From contig JAQFVV010000003.1 of assembly GCA_028023455.1 (NCBI GenBank), forward strand, positions 6,014,001 to 6,078,000: DNA of 64,000 bases, given 5' to 3'. The stretch is from Epiperipatus broadwayi. Lineage: Eukaryota > Animalia > Onychophora. Each line of letters begins with the position of its first letter. Positions within the stretch are counted from its first letter, which is position 1. The notes beneath the pieces were generated by a model. The model was not told the origin of the DNA. It saw only the letters and a list, made by a program, of their open reading frames with translations, and did not search any database. Shown here piece by piece: positions 26,900 through 40,093 of this stretch. The position numbers were made by a program, and so were the translations under genes.

Positions 26900-29340
26900 T
26901 CTCTGTGCATTATTTATTAGCAGTGGTGCATAAGTCTAAACAGACAATCTGCATTAACCCTATGTCTAGAGTCCTTTTATTGCTGGTCATTAAATTAAAG
27001 AGCAATAATAAAAGTATGAAGGTATAGGTTATAAATATTAAAAAGTCTTTTTTTAATGTTGTATAGGAGCCCAAAAATTTTAACATACCACTGTTCATAG
27101 ATTCTTGGAAAAAGAAGTACCATTCTGGTATAATGATTAGCAAAGTTGTTTTCCATATCCATGCTTTGATGAGATCAAATTTTAGAATTTTTTCAAGTTA
27201 GGAGTTTTTGTCCAGGTAAATGTCTCTTAGTAAAACCAGTTCACTATCCAACTATTTACCAATAAATAATATCTAGCTATTGTTAGTTAAAAAAGGAAGC
27301 ATGTGAAGCTATTTCCATCAATTGGTAGTTGATTAGTCTAGTAATTTATTTTACATTAACTGATTCTCTGCACAAGAATGATGAAATGTGTTTTGTCTTG
27401 CATTTTTCATCTTGCATATATTATTTCTCATCTCCTCTCTCTATCTCTCTCATGTATACATTTACATGGTAATATATATAATGTAGTTTGTAGATTTTTT
27501 TAAAAGCTCAAACATATTACATATATTTATATAAAGGTATGGCTTTGGATTTGAATTCAAATCCAAGTCAGTTAAAATTTGAAAATTTTGTCCAGTTTCC
27601 AATCAGGCATAGGATTTTTTTTCATGTATATTGCTAGTCATTCAATTATTGGTTGGTAAAAGAGTATCTAACCGTTTTTTTTTTGTCTCACCAATAAAAT
27701 AAGAATGCAAGAACACTCAAACTCTAACTGGTAAAACTGAAAGTTTTCTCTTTTACTATTCCTCTTCAAAAGTTGTGAAAAAAACCTTTGCCCTGAAGTG
27801 AATGCTTAAAAGTTATTTTGCATTATATTAAACAATTATTGTCACAATAATGAAGTATTTTCTTGAACTTGATACTGATGTTACCAAAAGTTTCAAAAGA
27901 TCACCATGTATGAGTAAAGTGAGTTTCAATATAAATAAAACACAAACATCTGTATGTATCTTTATACTATTTTCATATTTATCACATCTCACGTTTAATA
28001 ACAGCATTGTTAACTATATTCTTTTAAAATAAAAATGTTGAATGAAACCAGAGTAACTTCAATGGAAGGTTTGCCTGTTGTGATTATCAATATTTATCAC
28101 TTTACTGATAATACAGTATTTGAAAAGTTTTTTTTTCCTTCAATGAATTTATATTTGAGATGATTAATGGAATCTCTTCAATATCAGTCTGACTGGCTCA
28201 TCTTTTCCAATTTCTAGTTAAAAACATTTTTCTTTTTTGTTCTTTTTTAATCAGGAGATGCATTCAAGAATAAAATGAAAAATCTTTTATGTGCAAAAGA
28301 TCTTGCTAACATAAAATACTTTAAGAACAAGTTATATTATTATTCTGGATTTAAACTTCACTTTGTATAACAAAAACATAATAACTCCTACATTGTCTAT
28401 TATGCTACCATCATCATCATTTTCAAACAGTATCAATTCACTGTAAGATAAAATTCTCTTCCAGTTTCTACAATTTCGTTTCTCTTCTCCAGACCAATTG
28501 AGTAATAAATTCTCTTACACCTGATATTATGCTATGTAATTTTTTGTATGAAGTCTTTATGACATTTTTACCCATACCCGCAATTTTTAAAAGCAAGTAA
28601 GTAGACAATATCCTGTCACTAGTGAGGTAGAATGACTATCATGTTGCAATTCCTCCCTATGCCAAATCAATATTTTTTTTAGTTTATTGGTTAGATATTT
28701 TAAATATTTTGTAAGTATTAAAAAATAGTTACATTATTATATAAACTTGACATATTTATGAAGAAAACATATCATTAATGGCTCCCATATTGTCAAAATC
28801 CTGAGTACACCTTGCAGCTCTGTTTATGCTTAGTGAGAATACATTACCATGCTTATTATATACTGTCTTTCTACCAAATTATATAATTTTTGCAAAAAAA
28901 AAAAGAATATTTATATATATATATTTCATCTGGATGTGAATGCAGGAAAATAAATTTGAAAATTTTACTATGTTCTAAACAGACATTTTTCTAATAAATC
29001 TCTTTGGATAAATCAGTTAACTATCAAAAACTGTTAAGTACATATGTACCTAGCTATTTTCAGAAGTTAAATATAATCAAGTTTTCACAACTGTCAATTA
29101 AAAAGTTCTCTACATACTTCTCGTTCACAGGTTCTTTATGAAATTCTATTGGAGAAACCAGACTTTTTACCTTATTCTTTACCATATTTATTAAATAACA
29201 TTGGCTGAAAACTATCTCTGTAAATAATCTGCCAATTAGAAAGTCTTCAAATGCTTGAGCAGTTTCAAGGCGTTGATTAGTCTTTGAATCCAAGATCATG
29301 GATAGGAAAATAATATTTCATCACAAATCTTTTGATGCTA
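26900..29340 (-). pseudogene. Possible decayed STAND/NACHT-type NTPase (perhaps with ankyrin-like remnants)
   Basis: Broken minus-strand frames in NACHT-like order: 79-aa ORF 29060-29299, LLLKIAGMGK (Walker A-like, ~28580), ELILFENDD (Walker B-like), NLPLKL, FKHSLQ. Many stops. Confidence 0.3.
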
Positions 29341-29649
29341 TATAGATTGAAAAAAACAGAATTTCAAGGCTATTAATGTACTGTCATGAAAGTATGATAG
29401 ACTTGTATTAAACAATCAATTAAAAAATAAAATATGAAAATCAAGCAATATGAAATTATAAAGAATAAAGAAGTCAAAAAATATCTATAGTGTTTAATCT
29501 TATTAAAATCGCAAAAAAAGCACAGATAAAATATAGTTTTTAAAAATCATTATTTTCATCTCAATGGAAAATACAATAATATATGTGTGTGTGCGTGTGT
29601 ATAAATGGAACGGAATTTATTATAAACAAAAAATAAACAAGTAACATTG

Positions 29650-31790
29650 TAAGACTGAGGGTATATCATGGAGAGTGGCAAAATTAATGTTTAACTTAAT
29701 GAAAGATGCCAAAGGCAAATAATTCAAGTTTATGCTTCAACCAGTTCTCATTGTGATGAAGAAATAAAGGATTTTTAAATATATGTAAAAAAATGCTTTT
29801 GATTACACTAAACAATATTATAAAATTGTCATGGAAGATTTTAATACTAAAACTGAAAAATTATTGAAAGATGAAAATGTTATGAAAAAATTTGGCTACG
29901 GTGATAAAAATGAGAAATGACAGACTTGGAAAATTTGTAGAAAAAGAAAAATTATATATTATAAAATCTTTCTTTGAGGAAAGTTATGAAAGAAAATAAT
30001 AATAATATAAGAAAATGTAAATTGGCAAAGACAGCTATAAAAAAGGATAAAAGTTTCAAAAGTATAAATCAACATCTTAATATTGGGAGAAAAGTTATTT
30101 TAACAATAAGAAAAGATGGAACTATTGCTAAGAAAAGGCAAATGTTTGGAAGTTCTATAAAAAATTATATAGTAATACAGAATAAGAAAATAAACAAGTT
30201 CTGAAATGCCAAATATTCTAAATAGAGATAAGCAAATAAATCTCTGAAGAAGGGAAAAGCACCAAGAAAGAACTATTATTATTGATATTATTAAAAAAGG
30301 AAAGTGAAAAAAAAAATAGAAAAAATGTTGGAAAAACTATATACTAAATCTTTAAATGATAAAGATGTACTAAATGATCAGAAGAATGTATTTGATAATA
30401 TGATATTAAAGAAAAGTGATAAAAAATATTAAAAATTACAAACTTATCAGTCCCCCATCAGTTCACCTTTACTAAGATAATTATACTCATTCACAGTAAA
30501 CTTTGGATTGAAACCAACAAAAAGACTAAAATGAATTCCAAAGTAATTTTATCACAATGGATCAATTCATGTATTGTAAACAGTTAACTGTGAAATACAG
30601 GCACTCTTCATATGCCTAGAACCTAATTGTAAATATAGAAGATTTAAACTCAGACTTTCAAGCACCAAGATCAACAATAATCACCAATATACATATTGAT
30701 CTTTTCTACATGAGTGTGATTATGTGTATCAGTTATATGAGATAGGGTGGATAGTTGGAAGGTGCTTGAAAGTCTGGGTGTAAACAGTTATAGAAAGAAC
30801 CACTGAATATGAGCTGCCATTATGCTTTGGATTTATAGATTATAAAAAGGCATGATTCTATAAGCATGTCCACAGCTGTTAAAACTTTGGATCATTAATA
30901 TATAAACCTAGGATATAGTCAGATTCTGAAGAATATATATCAAAATGCAACAGCAATTGTTAGATTACATGATGAAATTAAGGAAATTTATATTTTTAAG
31001 AGTGTGCAACAGAGTGATTCTATAGCTCCAAAACTTTGATACTAGTTTTATCAAAAATATTTTGTAGATTAAAAGGAATGCTAAGACAATAAAAATACAC
31101 GAATATATTTAAGTCATCTATATTTTTAGATAATATGATTGTTTTTGCAAATAATGCTTCAGAACATCAGAAAATGTTGCAAGAATTATCAGATAAAACA
31201 AAAAAAGTAGGATTAAAGATAGATATTAACAAGACTAAAACAATGTTCAGTGTATTTATCATAAGAAGAAAATAAAGATTGATAATCATGAAGTAGAAGT
31301 TATTAACAACAAAAATACCTTGGTCAAATGATTAGTACAAATGGAAACATAATGGATAAATTAATCATAGAATTTGGATGGCATGTTTTTAGTAGAAATA
31401 ATTTAATATTTTAAGGAAATATGTCTAATGTGTTTGAACAGGGCAGTTTCTATAGATGTGTTTTATTAGCTCTTATTTATGGACATGAGATTCAGATATT
31501 TAACAAAAAATCAATGCAGAGATTTCAAAATACTCAATGAAGTATGGAGAGATGTATGTTGAAAATAACAAGAAGCATTGAAAATGAAATATTTATGTAA
31601 AAGAACAAACAAATATCATTGGGTATCATTGAAAAAATTAAGAGACTGGACAGTTGAAGTTTTAAATTGGATCCCAAAAAAACTATATGCAAAATAAATG
31701 AGTAAAATAAATTTTTTGGTATGCTGTGAAGAAAAGAAACTCTGGATTAAACTTGAATAGAGCTACATTCTGCAGGATTGATTGTGGTTG
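29650..31790 (+). mobile_element. Decayed RTE-clade LINE (APE endonuclease + RT)
   Basis: YASTSSHCDEE and IVMEDFNTK...FGYGDKNE (APE). VIERTTEYELPLCFGFIDYKKA, ILKNIYQNATAIVRLHD, KSVQQSDSIAPKL and FLDNMIVFA...VGLKIDINKTKTM (RT). Confidence 0.92.
30587..30778. mobile_element. Inverted-arm insertion in the RTE with a 12-bp TSD
   Basis: TGTAAACAGTTA at 30575-30586 and 30779-30790. Internal IR CAGACTTTCAAGCACC / GGTGCTTGAAAGTCTG. Confidence 0.85.
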
Positions 31791-33089
31791 AAAATGATGA
31801 AATAATAAATATGTGTAAATATGTGTATATGTAGACACAATGAATTTTATTCACTCATTATAATTAGTAAAGTTAATATGCAAACAATTTATTTTTCTTA
31901 TACTGAAAACTTGCAATAAATGTATTCTTGAGCATATATATTCTTACGATACTTATGTAGGCATCTGTTTGTTTGTATGTTGTTCAGTTCACAATTAGCT
32001 CACTAAATAATCAATTAAAAATGTAATAAAACTCACTAAATAATCAATTATTTTTTTAAAAACAGGTTTTTAAAATTTTCTGTAGATAAAAAAAACAACA
32101 ACAATGGACTAAGAAATATTTGGTTAAACTTTTTAGCAAAAATTATTTGAAGCCTATAGGAACTTTCAAGATGTGTTGAGATAATTCAAAATAATTTTTA
32201 GTTAGCTTAAATTTTCTCTATTTATTTATTTATATTAAACAACATATATAAGTGATTACTGTTGATTTATATATATAATATTAAAAAAGTGCCTCCGAAT
32301 ATTTCTAATAACTGAGGAGCAAATTTTAGTTCACTCTAATACAGATTTTTATTGATACCTGCTATCTAATATAAAATGAACAGACTTATTTGACTTAAAA
32401 GTTATAAGGTATCTTAAAAACTTAAACATTTATCAAAACACTTCAGAGTAGCACCAATTCATGCAAATTTGGAAATGAGACTAAGTTTTTCTGTCATGTA
32501 AAGATATCTAATATTGCATCTTGTGGACAATATAGTCACACTTTAAAAATATATTACGTGAATTAATTATATAGAAAAACTCTGCTATGACCAATGCATA
32601 ACACTATCTGAAATCTATATAAAATATTTGAAATGTTCCATAGCTATATTATTTCAGCAACACTCTCGGTTTCTTTATTTAAAGAGGGAGTGTGGCTGAA
32701 CTAATATAGCTATGGTGCATTTCAAATATTATATATACTGTATATATTAAACCGGATTGACATCTGATTCAAAGGTTTTACTGCCAAAATTAAATACTTT
32801 TAATTTTGTTAAGTTTCTAAAGTTAAAAGAAAAAAAAGATTTTAATTATTAAAAAGACTACGTGTATTAAAACATCTACTCATTTATAGATCATTTTAAT
32901 GATTATAAAATTGTTTTTAAAATAGTTTTCTTATACTGCTTATTTTAATTTTTTTTTTAAAAAAAAAGTCAATTTGATTATTAAAAACAAGCTAGCTAGC
33001 TAATTACATTCCTGTGGCTTTTGTATTAATCATTTTAAAGTTCATTCTAAAAAGCAGAGATTTGATTTGTGTTGTTTTTGTTTCAATAA

Positions 33090-34930
33090 ACCCTGGGTAG
33101 AATTCTTAGATTAGATTGAGCTAGAGATTAATATTTGCCCTGCCTAAGGCATAGAAATTGGACAACAAGGAAAGTGTTTCGTGGGAAATGGAGTGGGTAT
33201 AAATAGCACCGAAAATTTGGAGAGAGTGATTAATTATTCTTAACTAGACAAGCTGTTTTTCAAGTGAAGCTTCATATTCGTTATGCAAGAGTGTTGACCG
33301 CAGTTCGGACATTTAAATTCTTCAAGGAAATTCACTGTTGTTAAATCCTTTTGCTTGCAACAAGATGACAAATACTGTACGTGTTAGCACCACCAGAATG
33401 GCTTGCTAACTTAACAAAGGACAGATCCCTAACTTCCAAATTTGCTCCAGTAATGCCTTAAACATCTAGAAGAAGCCGGAACCTCTTTACCTCTACCTTG
33501 CCACTGTCTAAGGACCTGAAAGTGGACTAAAATAAAAGTGCGCACTCTACGCGAACTGTGTTTTACCGAAAGGTAACTATTTGCTTTTATTCTTCCCAGA
33601 GTAAAATTCTTTTCCATTAAATCTCAGCTCAATCTAATTATAAATCTGTATTTATAAGAAATATTTAACCTCATATATAATATTTGTTGTGATTCCTTAT
33701 ATTTTGTCTTGTGTCTTGGAATCTTAGTTTTAAGATTCCAAGTTGCTTTCAATTTTTATTTATTGGAGAGTGATGAGTGAGTTTTTCTATTTTTATGCCT
33801 AACTTTTACTAAATGCTTTAGCAGTCATGTATATTTTGAATGCTTACCTGTAATTATTTTATTATTCAATAATTAATTTTAAACACTGTCTTTGCACTTT
33901 TGCAAACCTCCAAAAATCTTTTGGCTGGCGACTTTATTGTCTAATTTTCCGCAGGTGGAGATTTTGTTTCTTATATCTCTGAAAGCAGAAATTAGACTTG
34001 TTTTTCCTTGTAATTTTATAAGTCATCAGCAGGAAGATAATATTTATCTCTTTTTAAATTACAGGTGAGAGAGACTAAAACTTTTAATATTTTTGTACTC
34101 ATGCGCACTCTCCGATAGATTTATTTTTGTATTTATTACATATAGCTTAAAATTTATCAGAGTGCGTATTCAGAACTTGCTTCATAAATTTATTTCTTAG
34201 TTATCATTATTTGTAATTCATTTTCTTTAATTGCTGGGGCAGACATAACTGGTTTTCTAATGATTTACTTGTCTCCTATTGAGACCTTTAATTATTATTA
34301 GTTTTCGCCAATCGTTAGGTTGGGATTCGCCAGTTTCAATTGTTTTCCTTTCGTTTTCAATCATATTTTTCAGTTGTTCTTAAGGTAAATCAATCACCTT
34401 TATTTTAAATGTAATAATAGGTGCAGCTTCTACTGACATAATAACATTCAGGTCCGACACATTTTCAGGTCTCGAAAAGCTCATCGGTGCTGGTGTCATT
34501 GATTTATTTCAAGAATGTATTGTTTAAGTATCTGAAAGTGAAAACCAATGTTTGGGTGAATCCTCTGCTGAATGAAATTGCTTCCTCCCTTTATAATTCA
34601 TTATTAGAAGATCAGTCAGTCTGCCAGAGCTGAGCGTTTTGTCTTTCTGATACATGCCTGAGTTAACCCTATTTATTGTGTCTTAAACTTATACTTCACA
34701 ATTTATTTCTTTTTATAAATAAAACTTTTTAAATATGTTTAAACTTAATTTGGCTGAGGTTTGTCTTAGTGCTTTGGTGTCTCAATTGTCTAAACAATTT
34801 TAAGATCTCTTGTTTCTCTCTGAGTCTAGTCAGCATAAACCATCATCATCATTTATTCTGATCACAGTAAATAAATTTTCCAGATACATAGTGATCTGAT
34901 GGTGCCCTCTGTGTCAGAATAGATTGAGTG
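33090..34930 (-). mobile_element. LINE ORF1 (gag-like zinc-knuckle) remnant, I/Jockey-like; no ORF2 seen
   Basis: FKCPNCGQHS at ~33285-33317, with upstream ICHL and RCLRHY fragments matching C..C....H knuckles. Frameshifted. Confidence 0.5.
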
Positions 34931-34935
34931 TCTGG

Positions 34936-34938
<3 letters not shown>

Positions 34939-34975
<37 letters not shown>
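34939..34975. repeat. (TA)n microsatellite
   Basis: Direct reading. Confidence 0.97.
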
Positions 34976-34978
<3 letters not shown>

Positions 34979-35229
34979 CGAGATAAAGTCGGTGTATGTA
35001 AACACACACACACTCAAGCAGTATAAAATACTCTTAACGTTATATTTTGTAACCTTTAATAGTTTTCTTTCCACATTTTCTAAAATACATTTGTAAAAAT
35101 AAAGATAATAATTGTCTCATTAAATAGTCAAGGCTTTCGTATAAATTAATAAAATAACATTCTCTAAAAATATAATAAAAGAAAATATAATATGCCATTA
35201 TAAATATTAATAGATAATTTCCACTTGTA

Positions 35230-37130
35230 TACGCCACGGGGTATTTAAAAAAGGGTTTCTTTTAGAATTATAATTATAGTAAAAATAAAACTTATAGAAA
35301 TGATTTTGAGAAAAGATTAAATGCTCGACTTCTAAGTTAATGTAAATTGTATTGTTCTGGTAAGACACGCACACACGTATGCACTCAAAGTGTGAATGAA
35401 TAGAAGTTTGTTAACTGAGATTGCAACATGAGATTGCCTAGACCTAAAATTGCCTTAAGCACAAGGATTGAGTGAACATTTACATCGGACGCGGACCCGA
35501 ACGACAACTCTAAAAATATGGAACTCTGGGGGGAGATTGGATCCTAAGATAAGATCCATCTCATATAAATATCACGAAAAATCTATTCAATGGGTTGGCT
35601 TGATATTGTTGCTTAATATGTTTTTCGCTTAACGTGCTTGCTTGATATATTCAATATAGTCTACTTGATATAGCTTGATATAAAATAATATTCTTTCATT
35701 TCGCCGTATCCATATTCAAGATGATCGTTGTGAAATTAATACTGAGAGCGTCGATTATCATGATGGGCTAGGAAACCCGTCAGTGATTGATCGACGCTCC
35801 GCCACCAAATATCTCCGAAGCTATGAATATTTAACGACATCTCCATTTGAAATTAATGCTCCAATCAAATAATAATGTTCCGAGAAATACCAGAATCGTC
35901 CAGACCACGCTATGCTCAATGTTGAATAAAACGAATAACTTCATTATGAAGATGCCATATCCCACGTTCAAATCCTCATTTCATTCGAAGCAGCGGAAGT
36001 CGAAATCCAAATCCTAGGTAACAATGTCTTTTACTTTATGTTTCATTCACCCCATTCGTAAACTCTTAAAGGCAATCTCATAGTTAACTAACTTACACTT
36101 GCGTAAATTAAATCATAAAAGATTCCGTAACATTTAACTTATTATTGTAACTTATCTTTGTGTAACCTCAACATTCATAAAATCAAATTTAATCTTAGGA
36201 CTTTTCCAAAACATGAACTTTGACCGTAATTATTATCTAATAAGCCATCGCAATTACTTTTAAGATATAAAATGAAATTTGTATTCCATATTGTAGTATG
36301 TATAATATATTTCTTTCTGTGCGAGTGCGTGAATGCGTGTGTGTGCGTGTGCAAATAAAATTTGAATTACTATTGCTTTTTTTATATTCAATAAATTTGT
36401 TCAGTATATAAACAAGTCGAGCATTTCTCAAATCTTTTCATACAATTAAATTCTTATTTTATTTCTTCTTTTGATCATCAATAAAGTTATCATTTAATTA
36501 CACTAATTTAGATTTATATTTGTTTACTTAACCATTTGTTTCTTTTTAAAATGTCTTTTGCCAACATCGTGCCGTAAGTCACGATGTTTATTTATTTATT
36601 CTTAGTTAAGATAGGTTAAGAATTGGGCGGGCCTATAATAAAATGTAAATAAATGTTTAATGCTAATATGGAAAGTAATTCATAGGGGGGATGATCTTAG
36701 AAGTCTAATTGTTTGGGAGGGATGAACGAACAGTCGTATTGGTCGCCAACAACCAATAGTTAAGTCCAGTACTAGGATCACTCAGTTAATAAATAAAACT
36801 TCCTTCCCATTAGTATACAGTGCGTCTTTTACGTAAGGAGTAATTGCTGAAACAATTACATCGTGGCCCTGAGTGACCCTATTGGTCCATGCTAGGAGTT
36901 GGAGCTTGTGGGCGGGATTAGACTTCGAAATCGTTTTGACATGACGTAAGGTGATGCAAGAAGTTAAATAATAATTAAATCATCGTGTTTGGCGCCCCCC
37001 TGTATTGATAGTAAATAATTACCGATATAAGAAAATAAATAAAGCTTTACGCTATGTCATGTTTGTTTCGGAGCTCTCGATCTCTTTTAGGAACGTACGG
37101 ATAAAGATAAATAGGCCGACGGTAACAATA
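35230..37130 (+). promoter_or_regulatory. CpG-retaining island with promoter motifs and a putative first-exon donor
   Basis: GGGCGG at 36625 and 36910, ATTGG at 36881, TGACGTAA at 36942, CTCF-like motif at 36991-37003, donor ACG|GTAAC at 37122. CpG collapses right after. Confidence 0.55.
35746..35799. ncRNA. Pre-miRNA-like hairpin (candidate)
   Basis: GAGCGTCGAT/ATCGACGCTC forms a perfect 10 bp, followed by a bulged segment, then TGATGGG/CCCGTCA with one G-U, and an 8-nt loop. Confidence 0.25.
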
Positions 37131-37219
37131 TATATATATATATAACAGACTGCATCTGGGCTGTCAAGTCTGGTAATTTTTTTAATTGAGTGCTTTAACA
37201 AATTTTTTAATATTGCATA

Positions 37220-37880
37220 TTAAATGTGAGAAATGTAGCCAGTCAGAAAATCATCATTTGACTTCAATTATATGCTAACTAAAACTTTTTAAGATTTAAT
37301 GTAAATTAAAAGAAATGATTTTAATATTATATATTAAATGTGAGAAATGTAGCTATCCTGAAAGGACATTTTGACTTCAATTATACCTAATGAAAACTAA
37401 ATGTAGATATGGTACTAAAGCATCTATTTCCCCCCTCACTATGTATCACATTTCAAACATGAATTTATATACTGTAATCACATTTTCTTTGTGACTTTAA
37501 ATACTATGCCTTGGCAGGTCAACACCCTTGTACTTATTTTTCCAAGCATTTTTTATTAATTTTTCACAGAAACGTAATAATATACTAACCAAAACTAAAT
37601 GTGAATCTGTTACTGTAGCATCTATTTTTTCCCCTCATTAAATATCACATTTCAAAAATGAATTTATGTACTGTAATCACACTTTTTTCATGATTTAAAT
37701 ACTATACTTCTGTAGTTGAAAGCACATTTTTTTCCATGCATTTTTTAATGGTGGAAACCATTGTTACAGCACAATACAAAAACTCTGGCCTTTCAGCCCA
37801 TCATTTTTGTAATAAGTATTTGCTTCAACAATTTTTTTCAAGATTTAATGTAAATTAAATAAAACATTAAAATATTATAT
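37220..37880. repeat. Mosaic of diverged local direct duplications
   Basis: TTAAATGTGAGAAATGTAGC...TTGACTTCAATTAT twice; ~110-bp GCATCTATTT...TTTAAATACTAT twice (~37400 and ~37600); AGATTTAATGTAAATTAAA twice. Confidence 0.8.
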
Positions 37881-38849
37881 AAATAAATTTCTGAATTTTA
37901 ATGAAGCTAAATTAATATGTACATTTTTAAATATACCTATTATATTTTAAAGCACCCTATGAATAAAAAAAAAATTTTTTTTGGTAGTTGGTCATGATTA
38001 ATCATAAATTGCTTTTAGCTTTATTACAAGTGATTATAAAAAATGAAATAAGTAACATGTGAATCTAACTGCTACACTCTATTTTTACACATGTTCCATT
38101 GTTTTAGCAATACCTTGGATCCAACAACATAAAAATTTTGTCTTCAAGTATTAACTTTTCTCCTAAATAGAAAAAAAAATTTCATGACTATTCAGCCCAT
38201 TCCTCAAATATGATCACCATTTTAATCACTAAAATCATACAATGAATATGTACATATTAGATTGCTGTCAACTCAGATTTTTCACCATTTACTGATATAT
38301 ACAGTAATGTGTTGTGTTACAGTTGTTCTATTTCTATTTGTAATCTATTTATTAACATATGAAACAAAAAGGTTGTAATAAACGACTGTACAAGTAAAAT
38401 ATATTGAAAAGTTTTGTACATTATATTTTTCTGTTAGAGAGTATATATATATATAATATCCATTTATATGAATGATTTTAATTAAATGCTCAATGATAGG
38501 TTATTTTAATTTATTTTTGGATGAATCGCACTTTACATAGATTAGAACTTGCCATGTCTTTTGTTCTAATATGATGCTTAAATCATAAGATAGAAGTGAG
38601 CAATCAAGTTTATCTAAAAAGTAATAATGGCAAAAAAGTCTACAAATTGTAATAATAAGATCAGAAACTGAATACCATTAAAAGTTAATGTAATGAATGT
38701 TGAAAGAAAAAGAAATCAACTGCATAATATATTCTTAGAAATTCTAATAATTTTAAAAATCCCACAAATAAATCATGGTCATTAAATTTGTAACACTTAT
38801 AATTTAGACTTATTCATGGAACAACTAAATCCAAATATAAGTAAAATTC

Positions 38850-39420
38850 CTGCCAAAATCATTTTTAATAAACTTGTAAACAATGTCTATTTTCTCATAA
38901 CAATAGCAATCTATTGATCAGATAAAAGATTCTGTACTCACATTTCTAAAAAAAATCATTTTGAAAGAAGCTTGGAAACAGTGCCAATATATTGATGAAA
39001 CAAATGATTTTTTAGGAATGATATTTTTAGTTGTTCTGTGAATAACTTCATATCTTTAGAAATATATTTCCTGACACCCACTAGGGATAATAAAGCAATC
39101 CTATATGTCTGAGCTAATCACAGCCATATTTTTTACCAAATTGATCATAGTCTTTGATGCCTTTACAACTATTAGTTTAAGAGCAAAGTATTTTTATTTA
39201 TAAGAACCTCATAATATTTTTTTATTTAGACGAACCTCATAATGTAAGATATAAATGAATTTGTGAGCCATTCTTATAATATAATTTGAACTTAAATGGA
39301 TAACTTTTTTATCTTTGTTTATATTCTATATCCCAAATAGGGGCTTTGACCTTGCTGCACGACCTTTCCTGACTGTTTCTGATTTCCTATGTTTGAAAAC
39401 ACGGCTTTGTATAATCTCCA
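38850..39420 (+). mobile_element. Possible decayed Penelope-like RT
   Basis: Fragments CSVNNFI, MSELITAIFF, KYFYYKNLII and RPFLTV fall in the order of PLE motifs NNYF / SPIIAxIF / RYVDD / LPFLD. Confidence 0.3.
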
Positions 39421-40022
39421 TTTATGAATAAATAAACAAAATTTCAACACTATTATTTAAATGAATAAAAATTCTTCTAAAAAATGTTTATTTTGCAATA
39501 AATAAAATTTTAAAATGTTATTAAATGCACAGACTTTTTGAAAGAGTGTAATTTAAATTTTTTATTTAGCAAAAAAATTCAAATTTTATTTATTTATTCT
39601 TTAAAAATGCATTAGTTTGTATTGAAACCAATAAACTATATCTAGAAAAAATTATGGTAGTTTTTTTTTAAAAAAAAAAAAAAAAAAATATTTTGAAATA
39701 TTTGATTAAAAAAAAAATTGAAATATTTAAAAAGACTACTTAAAAATTACGGAAAGTATTTTGATTACAACATTCTTAAATTTTTTTCACAAAAAAAAAA
39801 AAAAGCTTTAGAAATGTTTGCATTATAAAACAAAAAATGGCCTTGATATTATATATGTAAGTATTTGCTTGAAGCCTTACGAAAGAACTCAGGCAGATTG
39901 ATTCGGTAATATTTCGCTGATTGTTTGCCATTAACCCAACTAATCTAGCTTAATGAATAATATTTCTGTAGTGTAATTTATCACATGATCACCATTTCAT
40001 ATGTTTACAGATGCTTTAATAC

Positions 40023-40093
40023 TAGATAGGGATTCTATGCACAAATCTTCCTGCATTCATTGACTAAGGCTTGCACTTGGTGGCAATACTGTA
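40023..40093 (+). mobile_element. 5'-truncated copy A of the TAGATAGGGATT..TGCACAA repeat family
   Basis: Aligns with 46317-46390 (-) and 48043-48116 (+), with the same 3' end GTGGCA.TA.T.TA. Confidence 0.85.
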
